Positions 47,108 to 57,167 of a stretch of 64,000 nucleotides of DNA are shown piece by piece. Positions within the stretch are counted from its first letter, which is position 1. The number at the start of each line of letters is the position of its first letter. Both the position numbers and the translations under genes were made by a program. This DNA comes from Candidatus Omnitrophota bacterium (GTDB lineage Bacteria > Omnitrophota > Omnitrophia > Omnitrophales > Aquincolibacteriaceae), in the NCBI GenBank assembly GCA_030698625.1, contig JAUYMS010000011.1, positions 4,373-68,372 on the forward strand. Direction: 5' to 3'. The notes beneath the pieces were generated by a model. The model searched no databases, was not told the origin of the DNA, and saw only the letters and a list, made by a program, of their open reading frames with translations.

Positions 47108-47797
47108 CTACAGGAGCCCGCATTCCCTGAAGCTGTAATAGGTGCCGCCTCCGATAATTAGATGGTCCAAGACCTCGATATCCACCGTAGCGCAGGCTCT
47201 GCGTACCTGCTGCGTGAGCTCTCGATCTTGAGTGCTTGGCTCGACCTCACCGGACGGATGATTGTGAACCAACAACACCGCCGTGGCGTAATATTCCAAA
47301 GCCGCCTTCACGACTTCGCGCGGATAGACCGTAGCCCGATCAACCGTCCCTATCGACAAATCTCGCTCCGCCTTCACTTGATTGGCACGGTCCAGAAACA
47401 AGACTCGAAACGTCTCGGTTTTCTGACTCCCCATGGAGACATCCAAATAGTCCAAGACGGCGCTCGGATCGCAAATGACATTACTTCTGAATGCCTTCTG
47501 GCGCAGGCATCGCAAGACCATCTCTTTGGCTGCCAAGAGCAAACACACTCTGGCCGGTCCCAAACCTCGGATCCCCCTTAGATCCGAATAGGAACGCCCC
47601 ATCAGACCTTGTAGTCCGCCCGATTGTGTCAGCACTTCTCGCGAGAAAGCAACGGCGTCTTTCCCTTTCCGTCCGCTCCCGAAAAGCAGCGCTATCAACT
47701 CTGCGTCTGTGAGTGATTGAACGCCCGTCCGACCCAGTTTTTCCCTCGGCCTTTCATTGCTCGGCCATTGCTTTAAGCTCAAAAATTGCGCCCCCAA
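47108..47797 (-). CDS. radC: RadC (JAB-domain) protein
   Basis: ERPREKL, LTDAELIA, HhH GLGPA, VYPREV, HNHPSG..PS..D, LDHLII. Confidence 0.94.
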   Translation of the reverse strand: MGAQFLSLKQWPSNERPREKLGRTGVQSLTDAELIALLFGSGRKGKDAVAFSREVLTQSGGLQGLMGRSYSDLRGIRGLGPARVCLLLAAKEMVLRCLRQKAFRSNVICDPSAVLDYLDVSMGSQKTETFRVLFLDRANQVKAERDLSIGTVDRATVYPREVVKAALEYYATAVLLVHNHPSGEVEPSTQDRELTQQVRRACATVDIEVLDHLIIGGGTYYSFRECGLL

Positions 47798-47812
47798 GAT
47801 ATGGGGATAATA

Positions 47813-47840
47813 TAATACAATAATGTATATTATGCAATAA
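47813..47840. other. dif-like (Xer recombination site-like) AT-rich palindrome
   Basis: taatacaataa-tgtata-ttatgcaataa; the 15-bp core ATAATGTATATTATG is identical to the E. coli dif core. Confidence 0.35.
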
Positions 47841-47850
47841 TGGAGGCGAA

Positions 47851-49047
47851 TTACTCAGAGAACCGAGGGGAACGGATAACGAGCAACAGTTCCTCAGGGC
47901 CTATAAATCCGTCTATACGGGCCTCTGTGACCTCTTTGCCGTGTCTATCCAGGAACAGGATAGTAGGGACTCCGTGGATGCCGTACTCCTCAATGACCTG
48001 GACGGACCTCGGGCTCTCCGGATAGGTCAGATCGACTTTGACCCGCGTGAACCTTTCCAACTCGGCAATAACTTCCCGGTCGGAATAGGTCCACCTTTCC
48101 AGTTCATGGCAAGGAATACACCACTCCGCATAAAAATCCATAATCACCGGGCGCTCCGATGCTGCCGCCTCAACCACTTCATTGCTGTAAGGCGTCCAAA
48201 CGACAGCCGGTCTCGGACCGGAATCCAGTAATGTCACGCCCACAAGAATGGCCAGCGCCCCCACCCCCCATTGAAAGCGGCGGAAGAGTCCTTTCGCCGG
48301 CGCTGAACGCTCGAAAAATCCCAGGTAGAAGCCGCCGCCGATTAATGCAACAGGTGCCAGATGCTTCACGGCATCGGGTTGAATCGCCAGTAAAAAATAG
48401 AAGGCCGACAAGACAAAGAGCATGACCCCAAAGAGCCGTTCCACCCAAACTAACCATACCCCCGACTTCGGGAGCTTCGTAATCAAGCCGGCAAAGGTGC
48501 CTAGAATGAGATAAGGGAGCCCCAACCCGATTGACAGGGCAAAAAATGTAGAGAAACCAACCGAGGGATCCTGCTGCGTCGCCACGTAGGCGAGCAATGC
48601 CACGATGGGAGGCCCGATGCACGGCGCGGCAAACACACCGACGAGGAGTCCCGACAAAAAAAGCCCGGCAAAGCCGGCCGTCTTCTTCAAGAAAATTCGG
48701 TTCAGGATCCAGTTAGGAACCTGAAAGGAATAAACACCAAATAGGCTGAGTGACAGGAAAAAGAGGAACAGACCGATCGTCAAAAGCACCCAACGGTTCT
48801 GAAGGAGCGCGCCAAAGAGGCTGCCGGAATAAGCTGCCGCTACGCCCAGGGCGGTGTACATCGTCACGATCCCGAGCACATAAGCCAGAGCCCGCAGAAA
48901 TGCCTGGGTTCGCTTAACCTCTCCCATTCCGCTAAAGAGAGACAACGTCACGGAAAGCATGGGATAAACACACGGAGTCAGGTTCAGTGCCAGACCTGTG
49001 GCAAATGCACCCAGAAGAGTGAGTGAGCCGGCGGGAAATTCCGACAT
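47851..49047 (-). CDS. dsbD: DsbD/CcdA-type transmembrane domain plus thioredoxin domain
   Basis: LTPCVYPM, AAPCIGP, LPKSGVW, DFYAEWCIPC, GVPT; lacks the N-terminal Ig domain. Confidence 0.85.
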   Translation of the reverse strand: MSEFPAGSLTLLGAFATGLALNLTPCVYPMLSVTLSLFSGMGEVKRTQAFLRALAYVLGIVTMYTALGVAAAYSGSLFGALLQNRWVLLTIGLFLFFLSLSLFGVYSFQVPNWILNRIFLKKTAGFAGLFLSGLLVGVFAAPCIGPPIVALLAYVATQQDPSVGFSTFFALSIGLGLPYLILGTFAGLITKLPKSGVWLVWVERLFGVMLFVLSAFYFLLAIQPDAVKHLAPVALIGGGFYLGFFERSAPAKGLFRRFQWGVGALAILVGVTLLDSGPRPAVVWTPYSNEVVEAAASERPVIMDFYAEWCIPCHELERWTYSDREVIAELERFTRVKVDLTYPESPRSVQVIEEYGIHGVPTILFLDRHGKEVTEARIDGFIGPEELLLVIRSPRFSE

Positions 49048-49053
49048 TAAAAT

Positions 49054-51180
49054 TTAATCTCCGCTAAGTTTCTGCCGAAAGTCGCTAACGTTCTGTACGG
49101 GCGCGTCGCACTGAAACCCTTTACAGACATAAGCCGTCGTTTCCCCTTCCACGGGAATCTGCTTCACGGCAAAGGGCACGAGCGCCTCAAGCTCCCGGCA
49201 GGCTTCCGCCGAAACCGGTCTAAAAAGGAGCACCCGATTCGGCAGATAGATATTAAAGAGTGTTTTCACCATGGCATCCACCAACTCTCGATTGGTGCCC
49301 TCGGCAATAACGATTTCATACGACGGACCTAGACTAAAATCTAAGGCCATCAAAGCCTGGGGATGCCCCGACGGAAACCGGCTGATCTGCGAAGCAAAGG
49401 CAGCCAGACATTCATCCACTTTTTGATTCATCACGGCGTCGCCCGTCAAACGCGCCATGCGCACCAGAACTTGAGCCGCCACGGAATTGCCCGAAGGAAT
49501 AGCCCCGTCATAAAATTCCTTGGACCTTGAGATCAATTGCTCCCCGTCGGAGGCGACAAAAAAGAACCCGCCCGCGTTTTCATCCCAGAAGAGCCGGAGC
49601 ATTTCCTCACAGAACCGCTTCGCCTCTCCCAGATAACGGATCTCAAAAGTAGCTTCGTACAGATCGAGTAAAGCCTGAGTGAGAAACGCGTAGTCATCGA
49701 GAAAACCGGGAATCATTACATGCCCATCGCGGTACCGGTGAAGCAGCCGCCCCTTTGCGTCTACCATCTTTGAAAGGATGAAGTCGCCCGCTTTCGCGGC
49801 CGCAATGCGATAGGCCGGCTCGCCCAGCACGCGTGAGGCAAGACAGAAACTCGAAATCATTAACGCGTTCCAATCTGCAAGAACTTTGTCATCCAGATGA
49901 GGCCGCGGCCTCTTCCCTCGGGATTCCAAGAGTTTGAGCCTCGCCGCGGCGAGTTCACTCCGCACCTCGGCGGCAGTCTTCTTGAACTTCTGAGCCGTCT
50001 CCGCAATCCTTTTGGCGGCGAAAAGAATATTCTTGCCCGTGAATTCGCCGTGCACATCTTCTTGGGCATTTCCCCCGGGCTCAACTCCGTAATACCAAAT
50101 AAAGAGCTCCGCGGCTTGTCCCAGATGCTCGCGGATCTCCGCTTCCGTCCAAACATAAAAAGCACCTTCTTTTTTCTGCTTGCCGCCTCCGGCGGGCTCG
50201 AGGCTATCGGCATCCTCCGCCGAGTAAAAGGCCCCCTCCGGTGATGTCATATCGCGGAGGACATAAGCAAACGTATCTTTAGCCACCTCGGCGAACACTT
50301 CCCTGTGCGTTGCCTGATAAGCCTCGACATAAGTCTTTGTCAAAATGGCCTGGTCGTAAAGCATCTTCTCAAAATGAGGGATATGCCACCGCTCATCGGT
50401 GGAGTAACGGTGAAATCCGCCGCCGAGGTGATCGTACATACCGCCTTTGGCCATGGCCCGTAAGGTTTGGACCGCCATTTCCAGGGCGCGCGGCTGGTTC
50501 GCACGATGCCAGTATTGCAGGAGGAATGAGAGCACGTGACTGCTCGGAAATTTTGGCGCGTTGCCGAATCCGCCGTTCTCGGCGTCATACCGGCTCAGGA
50601 ACTGCCCATAGGCCTCATCGAGCGACTCCTTGGTGAGCGTCACTTCACGGTCCGAATCGGGCATGCCGAGCGCGGCCCCCAGCTGCTCTGTAAGATGATC
50701 CCCGGCATCGACCAGTTTTTGCCTATTGGAACTCCACTGGGCGCGAATCGTCTTTAGAAGACTCTTGAAACCGGGTCGGCCCCATCTGTCTTCCGGGGGG
50801 AAATAGGTTCCGCCGTAGAAAGGTCTTCTGTCGGGAGTCAGAAACACGCTCATCGGCCAACCGCCGGACCCCGACATCGCCATGACGGCCTTCATGTAAA
50901 TACCGTCCACGTCCGGCCGCTCTTCTCGGTCCACTTTCACGGCGACAAAACCTTCATTGAGAAGGTCCGCCACTTCCTGATTCGTGAAGGACTCGTCTTC
51001 CATGACATGGCACCAGTGACAAGTCGAGTAGCCGATGGAGAGAAAAATGGGTTTGTTTTCTTCGCGGGCCTTGGCAAACGCCTCTTCTCCCCAGGGAAAC
51101 CAGTCGACGGGATTGGTGGCATGCTGTAAAAGGTAAGGGCTCTTTTCGCGAGCCAGTAGATTTGGGGAACTTTCAGACAC
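49054..51180 (-). CDS. YyaL/SSP411 thioredoxin-domain protein with (alpha/alpha)6 barrel
   Basis: [50 protein letters not shown]. Confidence 0.92.
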   Translation of the reverse strand: MSESSPNLLAREKSPYLLQHATNPVDWFPWGEEAFAKAREENKPIFLSIGYSTCHWCHVMEDESFTNQEVADLLNEGFVAVKVDREERPDVDGIYMKAVMAMSGSGGWPMSVFLTPDRRPFYGGTYFPPEDRWGRPGFKSLLKTIRAQWSSNRQKLVDAGDHLTEQLGAALGMPDSDREVTLTKESLDEAYGQFLSRYDAENGGFGNAPKFPSSHVLSFLLQYWHRANQPRALEMAVQTLRAMAKGGMYDHLGGGFHRYSTDERWHIPHFEKMLYDQAILTKTYVEAYQATHREVFAEVAKDTFAYVLRDMTSPEGAFYSAEDADSLEPAGGGKQKKEGAFYVWTEAEIREHLGQAAELFIWYYGVEPGGNAQEDVHGEFTGKNILFAAKRIAETAQKFKKTAAEVRSELAAARLKLLESRGKRPRPHLDDKVLADWNALMISSFCLASRVLGEPAYRIAAAKAGDFILSKMVDAKGRLLHRYRDGHVMIPGFLDDYAFLTQALLDLYEATFEIRYLGEAKRFCEEMLRLFWDENAGGFFFVASDGEQLISRSKEFYDGAIPSGNSVAAQVLVRMARLTGDAVMNQKVDECLAAFASQISRFPSGHPQALMALDFSLGPSYEIVIAEGTNRELVDAMVKTLFNIYLPNRVLLFRPVSAEACRELEALVPFAVKQIPVEGETTAYVCKGFQCDAPVQNVSDFRQKLSGD

Positions 51181-51202
51181 GGTCCGTCACCTCACCAGTC
51201 AT

Positions 51203-51251
51203 AAAAAGGGCGGCCCATCCGCTGCCTTGCGGCAAGCCTGACGGCCGCCCT
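51203..51251 (-). terminator. Possible terminator/hairpin
   Basis: agggcggcc..ggccgccct stem with a long internal loop and a U-tract on the minus strand. Confidence 0.4.
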
Positions 51252-51276
51252 ATAATTTCGGCGTCCTGAAAATGAA

Positions 51277-51675
51277 TCAGGAAACAGGGATCATGTTATC
51301 GTTTTCGTCGTACGTGTAACGAGGACTGCCGTTATCCTTGTGGATACGAATGCTCACAACAGACAGCGCGCCGTCTCGATCGATAATATCAAAATCAAGA
51401 TCCAGCTCATCGCCCGTCAGCACATCCCGCATATCCGTGCAGGAGTAGTAATAATCGCCGGTCTTACCGACCCGCTCGTGAACCCGGACCAGCTCTAAGC
51501 GTCTGAGCGTGTCCGTGCGATTATCCACAATCCCGAACGCCCCCTGCATTTTTTCCTGCTCAGCAATGTAGGTCCGTATGGTGCCCCTCAGAGACTCGGG
51601 GGCCGGCCCCGCCATCCCCTGAATGGCCCCGCTAAACATCATTGCCATGGTTATCGCTATGATTCTCTGCATCAC
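51277..51675 (-). CDS. Secreted hypothetical protein
   Basis: Signal peptide; LELVRVHE..YYYSCTD..LDLDF..IRIHK..RYTY conserved-looking domain; GGAGG SD. Confidence 0.7.
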   Translation of the reverse strand: MMQRIIAITMAMMFSGAIQGMAGPAPESLRGTIRTYIAEQEKMQGAFGIVDNRTDTLRRLELVRVHERVGKTGDYYYSCTDMRDVLTGDELDLDFDIIDRDGALSVVSIRIHKDNGSPRYTYDENDNMIPVS

Positions 51676-51704
51676 TAACCTCCGTACCGATTAAATGTCA
51701 CCGG

Positions 51705-51950
51705 CTATAGCTTCTTTGCGATTTTCTTCAATTCCCGGGACAAAGTCATGTTGCTCGTCTCCAACTCGGCGGCAGCTTCAAGAATCGTAGCGGCATCCTT
51801 ACTCACTTCTGATGAGGAGCCACTGCTGCTATGCGTGGAACCGCCATGTTCAGATCCGCCGTGTTCTCCCGCCAAAGCAACACCAACCGGCAACACCGTC
51901 AAAGCAACGACCACCAACATCGCCAACATTCCCTGCTCAATTTTCCTCAT
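51705..51950 (-). CDS. Small secreted peptide with EHGG repeats
   Basis: Signal ending ALA, then GEHGGSEHGGSTH, a Ser linker and a C-terminal helix. Confidence 0.65.
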   Translation of the reverse strand: MRKIEQGMLAMLVVVALTVLPVGVALAGEHGGSEHGGSTHSSSGSSSEVSKDAATILEAAAELETSNMTLSRELKKIAKKL

Positions 51951-51970
51951 ATCACACTTCCTTTCTTGTT

Positions 51971-52939
51971 TTACGGATTCTTATAGTCGAAAGCCATGTC
52001 GATATCCCGATGGATCTCGCCGTCTATTTCGACGTGGGGGTAAAAGAAAATATTCACCGGATCCCCCGATTGTCTCGGTGAAAGTTCGATGTCCCGCCCC
52101 GTACTGAGGTGGAATTTGTTAGTATCGAAGTGGGCAAAATAGGCGTCCTTAAGTTCGGGATGTTTCCAGGCATCAGAGGCATCAATCGGCCGCCAGCCTC
52201 TCACGGCGTCGTAAAACTCCGCCCAACAATGATACCCTTTCATCATCCCCTGCGGTTCTTTGGGTACCGTAAAACCAATTTTGAAGCGCGCGGGAATCTC
52301 GGATGCCTGCGACATCGATATAAAAAGAGAATGAAAATCCGTACAATTCCCTTTTCCCAAGTCGCACGCCCTCTGCGTGTCGCCGTTCCCCCAACCCGGG
52401 GTGACCTTATCGTAAGCCATGTTGGCCACGACATAATCATAGATTCCGCGTGCCTTTTCGATCGTGTCCGATCCATTTGCCGTCGCTGTGGCTGCTCTGC
52501 TTCTCACATCCTCGTTGATCACCATTAGGCGGCTCGGATCGAGGTACAATTCAACTTGATCTCCGACCGCATTTTGTTCAAATTCCTCCTGGTCTACTTT
52601 TGCGCGATATTCAACGCTGAATTCAAGCGGACCGCTTTCGGACCCATCGGCTTCAAAGTAGATCATTTCATTCCCGAATTTTGGGTCACGGGTAATCGTA
52701 TAAGGCCCAGGTGCGCTGATCCGCCTGTCGTAGATCGTCTGACCGTCGCTCTGGCTCGCCAAAGGAATCCATGCGCGAATCTTCTCTGCGGTCTGCGGAA
52801 TATCAGCCACGATGGCACGGTAGGTTATTTGGAATTGGCGGCTTTCAGGAAATGCGCCTATCTCGGGAGCACCACTGACGTAAGCTATCGTTGTAAATGC
52901 TGTGCCGGCGATTATAAGTGCTAAAAAAGTTCGCTTCAT
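51971..52939 (-). CDS. Secreted transglutaminase-like cysteine protease domain protein
   Basis: Signal peptide; GNCTDFH, YHCWAEFY, PIDAS catalytic triad. Confidence 0.88.
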   Translation of the reverse strand: MKRTFLALIIAGTAFTTIAYVSGAPEIGAFPESRQFQITYRAIVADIPQTAEKIRAWIPLASQSDGQTIYDRRISAPGPYTITRDPKFGNEMIYFEADGSESGPLEFSVEYRAKVDQEEFEQNAVGDQVELYLDPSRLMVINEDVRSRAATATANGSDTIEKARGIYDYVVANMAYDKVTPGWGNGDTQRACDLGKGNCTDFHSLFISMSQASEIPARFKIGFTVPKEPQGMMKGYHCWAEFYDAVRGWRPIDASDAWKHPELKDAYFAHFDTNKFHLSTGRDIELSPRQSGDPVNIFFYPHVEIDGEIHRDIDMAFDYKNP

Positions 52940-53742
52940 TTTACTCTCCTTGTTTCATCTGCATTTCCTCTAAACGGAGCTGCTAAGAAGACGCCCGGTT
53001 CCAGATAAGTAGCCCTGCCTTCACTCAGCCCCAAGGTCTTAAGCTCCTCAAAATCAGGCTCACGCAGGGTGCCGAAAAGCCTATCCCAAATGAGGAAAAT
53101 AGTCGAGTAATTTCCGTCTCTCGTGCGCAGCGAAACGGTGTGATGACCGGCGTGTAACCGCGGCGTCATGTGAACAAGTCGGAGCCGTTTTTCCCAGCGG
53201 TCGGGAAAATCGATATTCGAGTGGTGAAATAAAGCGTAAAGAGTAATCCCCGTCTCAAAAATGGCAAAGGCCGCAAGCGACGGCCCCCAGATAAATATCC
53301 AGCAGACCTTGGCTCCATAAGAGAAAAACAACTCGCCGGGATGAAAGCGCAGAGTCGTCGTCACATCCACGTGGGTATCCGTGTGATGAACTTTATGAAA
53401 ACGCCACAGAAACGGCACGAGATGATTAAAACGATGCCACCAGTAATCAAAAAAGTCGAAGACGATGATCGTGCCGACAATTTCCACAACGCCTGCCAGT
53501 CCCAGCATACGCGAGATTCCCCAGCCGTGATTTTCCACAACCCGAAGCCATGCCAGCACGGCGACGGCCACAGTCAGCCGTGTCCAAACCGTATTAAAAA
53601 TGCTGACAGCCATGTGAAAGATCCACCGCTTTACGCGCGGGATTTCCCAGGGGCGTGTGTGCACCAAGGACTCACAGACAAAAAGACTGCCGAGTGCCGC
53701 AAAAAAGAAAATCAGTCTCAACATTTGCACGTCGATTCCCAT
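52936..53742 (-). CDS. Sterol desaturase / fatty acid hydroxylase family protein
   Basis: YWWHRFNH, WRFHKVHH, RFHPGE, FHHSN, HAGHH, WDRLFGT. Confidence 0.9.
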   Translation of the reverse strand: MGIDVQMLRLIFFFAALGSLFVCESLVHTRPWEIPRVKRWIFHMAVSIFNTVWTRLTVAVAVLAWLRVVENHGWGISRMLGLAGVVEIVGTIIVFDFFDYWWHRFNHLVPFLWRFHKVHHTDTHVDVTTTLRFHPGELFFSYGAKVCWIFIWGPSLAAFAIFETGITLYALFHHSNIDFPDRWEKRLRLVHMTPRLHAGHHTVSLRTRDGNYSTIFLIWDRLFGTLREPDFEELKTLGLSEGRATYLEPGVFLAAPFRGNADETRRVK

Positions 53743-53751
53743 GAGGTTTGT

Positions 53752-54726
53752 CTATTGAAGGGCGCCTTGGCAGGACGAGCCCGCTCCCGCCGTACAACCA
53801 AAGCAGTGATCGCCGGTCAAGATCGAATAACCGTTCACGTCCGTTTCAAGGACATCCTGCAGCATGAGCGGGTGCGAATTGCGCATCTGAATTCCCAAGA
53901 CCTGATTAAAATCGCAGTCATAAATCCTGCCGTCCCAACTGACACTCAGCGTATCACGGCACATAAGCCCATCAAGGGTCCGTGGATTAAAGCTTTCCAC
54001 CAACAGATGGGTATATTCTTCATACTGGTTTAAGGCCTTGAGGTATTTCTCATACCGAGTGATCGGCATATTGGTTATCGTATAGAGACCGTTAAAATCG
54101 ATATCAAAATCCTCTTTCAAAATCTTTTTGTAATCGCCTTCCAGACCCGCCTGAGCCGGAGGCAGATGGGCTCCTACGGGGTTGTACACCAGATTCAATA
54201 AAAGCCCCGTTCCCTCGCGGCCATAACCCAGCCTGTTAAGACGCCGGAGCGCGCGTACGGAGCCGTCAAAGGTGCCGCTCCCCCGCTGTTTGTCGACGTT
54301 CTCCCGCTGATAGCAAGGCAGCGACGCAATCACCTCAACACCGCTCGAAGCCAAAAAATCCGCCGTGTCAGAGAATCCCTCTTCCAGGAGTATCGTCAAA
54401 TTACACCGGTCAATCACATGGATCTTTCTCGATCGAGCTTCCGTAACGAGCAAGCGAAAATGAGGATTCATTTCGGGGGCACCCCCGGTCAAGTCCAGGG
54501 TCGAAATGCCTGGTATGTCCATAGCACGCACAACAAGCTGCGCCGTGGCTTCATCCATATTTTCCTTCTTCTTAGTCGGACCGGCCTCGACATGGCAGTG
54601 GACGCATGTCAGATTGCAGAGCTTGCCCAAATTCACCTGTAGAATCGTGATCTGCTTTTTCCGCAGATCGCGGGCATGCAGCCTCACCTTTTCATCGAAT
54701 CGGTTCAGGCTAACAGCATCCGCCAT
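53752..54726 (-). CDS. arsS: Arsenosugar biosynthesis radical SAM protein ArsS
   Basis: CNLTCVHCHVEAGP, DLTGGAPE, SLPCY, LVYNP, DCDFN, C-terminal HCFGCTAGAGSSC. Confidence 0.9.
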   Translation of the reverse strand: MADAVSLNRFDEKVRLHARDLRKKQITILQVNLGKLCNLTCVHCHVEAGPTKKKENMDEATAQLVVRAMDIPGISTLDLTGGAPEMNPHFRLLVTEARSRKIHVIDRCNLTILLEEGFSDTADFLASSGVEVIASLPCYQRENVDKQRGSGTFDGSVRALRRLNRLGYGREGTGLLLNLVYNPVGAHLPPAQAGLEGDYKKILKEDFDIDFNGLYTITNMPITRYEKYLKALNQYEEYTHLLVESFNPRTLDGLMCRDTLSVSWDGRIYDCDFNQVLGIQMRNSHPLMLQDVLETDVNGYSILTGDHCFGCTAGAGSSCQGALQ

Positions 54727-55888
54727 CGAGACACACGCTTTCGTTCTTCACCGTTTCCTGATACTTCTGCCCCTTTGTCTCTTTGGCATGCCGCTCCGTG
54801 TTCGGCGAGCAATCAAACGGCTTGGCCTTGCTGAGCGGAATGAGCTTACGCGGCGTCACCGCAAGGACATCGCCGGCATACGGGGCCCTCGTATAAATAT
54901 TGAAAGTTTTGTCACACACGGCGATACGCACGCCGCGATCCAGGACATGGCCGTCGTCATCTTCCACTCGGCGCCACGGCCCTTTATAAATCACGGCCTG
55001 ATTCCGTTCCCAACACTCCCCTTCTTTGCCCTTGTGAGCCGTTACCGTCACCGAGCGGAATTCTATTCCCTCGACGGTTTGCCAGGGCTCCTCATCACGG
55101 CGTTCAATCTGTATGCCGTAGAAGCCCGCGTCTTGGAACGCCTGAATGAACGCCTTCTCCTCGAAGGCTCCGGAGATGCACCCACTCCACAGTTCCGGAT
55201 CATTCTGCAAATGTGAGGGCACGGACTCGTCGGAGACAATATCTGAAATCGCGATGCGCCCGCCCCTTTTCAAGACACGGAACATCTCCCGAAAGAGCTG
55301 CATTTTGTCTACGGCGTGGACTAAATTCAAAACGCAGTTGGAGACAATCACATCGACCGAATCATCGGCAACTAGCGGATTTTTTTTCCACATCCCGCTT
55401 GCCGCGTGATCAAAGTCGAGGTATTCGGCCGCCGATCGAATCGGACGTTTCCTCAGTTTTTTTTCGAGAAGTGCCGGATCGGTCTTCAAATCCTGGATTC
55501 TACCCCAGCGGAAATCAATATTATCCCAGCCGATTCTCTTGGCAACCCGACGTTGGTGCTTGCGGGCCAACTGGAGCATCGCCTGGTTAAAATCCACTCC
55601 GATAACACGCCCTTTGCGCCCCACGATTTGTGACGCAATGTAACAGATTTTTCCCGCCCCCGATCCCAAGTCGAGGACGATATCCCCCTCGCGCAAATAG
55701 CGGGAAGGATCCCCACATCCGTAGTCTTTGTCTAAAATCTCTTTCGGAATCACCCGCAGGTACTGAGGATCGTAATCCACGGGACAACAAAGCGCGGCTT
55801 CCACCCGGGCGGCCCCCTTCGTGTAGCGCGCCTTCACCTCTTTTTCGACATGGCCGCGCTCCGACTGGAAATTGCTCATATCCTTCAT
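54710..55888 (-). CDS. ArsM-like SAM-dependent methyltransferase
   Basis: LCCP, YGCGDP, LDLGSGAG, SNCVLNL, WSGCISGA, C-terminal GGCC; adjacent to arsS. Confidence 0.85.
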   Translation of the reverse strand: MKDMSNFQSERGHVEKEVKARYTKGAARVEAALCCPVDYDPQYLRVIPKEILDKDYGCGDPSRYLREGDIVLDLGSGAGKICYIASQIVGRKGRVIGVDFNQAMLQLARKHQRRVAKRIGWDNIDFRWGRIQDLKTDPALLEKKLRKRPIRSAAEYLDFDHAASGMWKKNPLVADDSVDVIVSNCVLNLVHAVDKMQLFREMFRVLKRGGRIAISDIVSDESVPSHLQNDPELWSGCISGAFEEKAFIQAFQDAGFYGIQIERRDEEPWQTVEGIEFRSVTVTAHKGKEGECWERNQAVIYKGPWRRVEDDDGHVLDRGVRIAVCDKTFNIYTRAPYAGDVLAVTPRKLIPLSKAKPFDCSPNTERHAKETKGQKYQETVKNESVCLDGGCC

Positions 55889-55890
55889 CG

Positions 55891-56517
55891 TTATCCCTTT
55901 CCCTTTATGATTGCGTTTAAATTCTTACAGTCTTCAGCCTCGTCAAGATCACGCAACATAGGCAAAAGCCCCCAAGTAAGTTTATTGCGCCGAAGCCTTT
56001 CGAGGGTGCAATCGAATACCGTTGCTGTACTCCACGGAATATCGACAAACACTTCGGGATAAAACGCCGACATCCCGATCAAGTAATACCCCCCGTCAAC
56101 GGCCGGTCCGACAACAACCGATTTTCCCTTCAACATGTCTCGCCCATCAATAATGTGCTTCAAAGTCAGCTCTAGAGTATCGCTCCCAAGAGCCATGACC
56201 TTGGCATACCCCATGCTGAAGGCCCTATCGAAAGCATGATGCAAGCGCTCGCCCAATGCTGCTCCTCGCTGAGTCAAATAATGTTCATGCCCCGGAAGCC
56301 ATTCGCGGACCTCCTTTTCCCGCTCTGCCGGATCAAATGTCACGATCACGTCCAAACGGTGGAGGGCGGCGTCTGCCAGCACAGCGGCGAGCCTTTCGGC
56401 AATCAGCTTATATAAGTTCGCGGCATCCTCAGCTCCGAGGCTTTGCGCCAGGCGCGTCTTCACCTTCCCGGGCTCCGGGTATTTAACAAAATAAAGGACT
56501 GCGGTATCTGCTCTCAC
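55891..56517 (-). CDS. TIGR04282/DUF2064 arsenosugar-associated glycosyltransferase-like protein
   Basis: KYPEPGKVKTRL, QRGAALGERL, GSD, GPAVDGGYYLIG, IPWST, DLD. Confidence 0.9.
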   Translation of the reverse strand: MRADTAVLYFVKYPEPGKVKTRLAQSLGAEDAANLYKLIAERLAAVLADAALHRLDVIVTFDPAEREKEVREWLPGHEHYLTQRGAALGERLHHAFDRAFSMGYAKVMALGSDTLELTLKHIIDGRDMLKGKSVVVGPAVDGGYYLIGMSAFYPEVFVDIPWSTATVFDCTLERLRRNKLTWGLLPMLRDLDEAEDCKNLNAIIKGKG

Positions 56518-56532
56518 GCGGGCCCGGCGGAA

Positions 56533-56748
56533 TTATCCGTTTACTTTCTCGTAGGAGTACTTCTCTTTGATGTTATCGGTAAAATAAGTGCCGATCGATG
56601 ACGCCTTGAGAAGCTCCCGGTGAACTTCAACGGGAACGTCTTGATACCGGTATACCCCACCCCTTCGAAATGCGATTTCCAAGGTTGCAAGTTCCTCATC
56701 GTAGCCCACAATAGCAATCTCACGAGACCTAACGGCTGTTCTATCCAT
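56533..56748 (-). CDS. KTSC domain protein
   Basis: VRSREIAIVGYD..LEIAF..GGVYRYQDVP..ASSIGTYF..IK; GGAGG SD. Confidence 0.88.
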   Translation of the reverse strand: MDRTAVRSREIAIVGYDEELATLEIAFRRGGVYRYQDVPVEVHRELLKASSIGTYFTDNIKEKYSYEKVNG

Positions 56749-56762
56749 GAATAGATTCCTCC

Positions 56763-57167
56763 CTAAAACACTTGTACGGCACTTAAAATTAGAAGTCCGC
56801 CGCCGATGGCCAGAGAACAGCCCGCCATGATGCGCAGAGCGAGCGCGTCTCCCCGAAGCAGTGCGGTCGTTAAGAGGCGAAAACGTTCATATTGGAATAC
56901 CCAGAGGCACATTTTCACTGCAGAGAGTGTGACGACAATTGTAATCACAAAGCCATACGAATTTGGGAATTTCAGCAACAGGTACCAGGTAGTAGAAAGC
57001 ACGATCAGAGCTACAATGGCCACAATATCGACTCCAAAGGGACGTTTTTCAGGGTATACTTTGCTGAGAAAGAAGTCAGCCCAGGGTTTCGGATACAAAA
57101 ACAGGAGCCCCGCTGAAATAACCATTAAAAAGCCAAGCGTAATGCCGATTCCTAAGAAGTAAATCAT
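56763..57167 (-). CDS. Four-TM membrane hypothetical protein
   Basis: Four hydrophobic segments; co-oriented with the KTSC gene. Confidence 0.6.
   Translation of the reverse strand: MIYFLGIGITLGFLMVISAGLLFLYPKPWADFFLSKVYPEKRPFGVDIVAIVALIVLSTTWYLLLKFPNSYGFVITIVVTLSAVKMCLWVFQYERFRLLTTALLRGDALALRIMAGCSLAIGGGLLILSAVQVF

Noticed and set aside
47108-47797. radC as a marker of a prophage/ICE
   Set aside because: It is the full-length housekeeping-type RadC with an HhH region; no integrase or phage genes are nearby.
53752-55888. Selenocysteine recoding in ArsS/ArsM
   Set aside because: Both ORFs are full length with Cys at the motif positions; no in-frame TGA.
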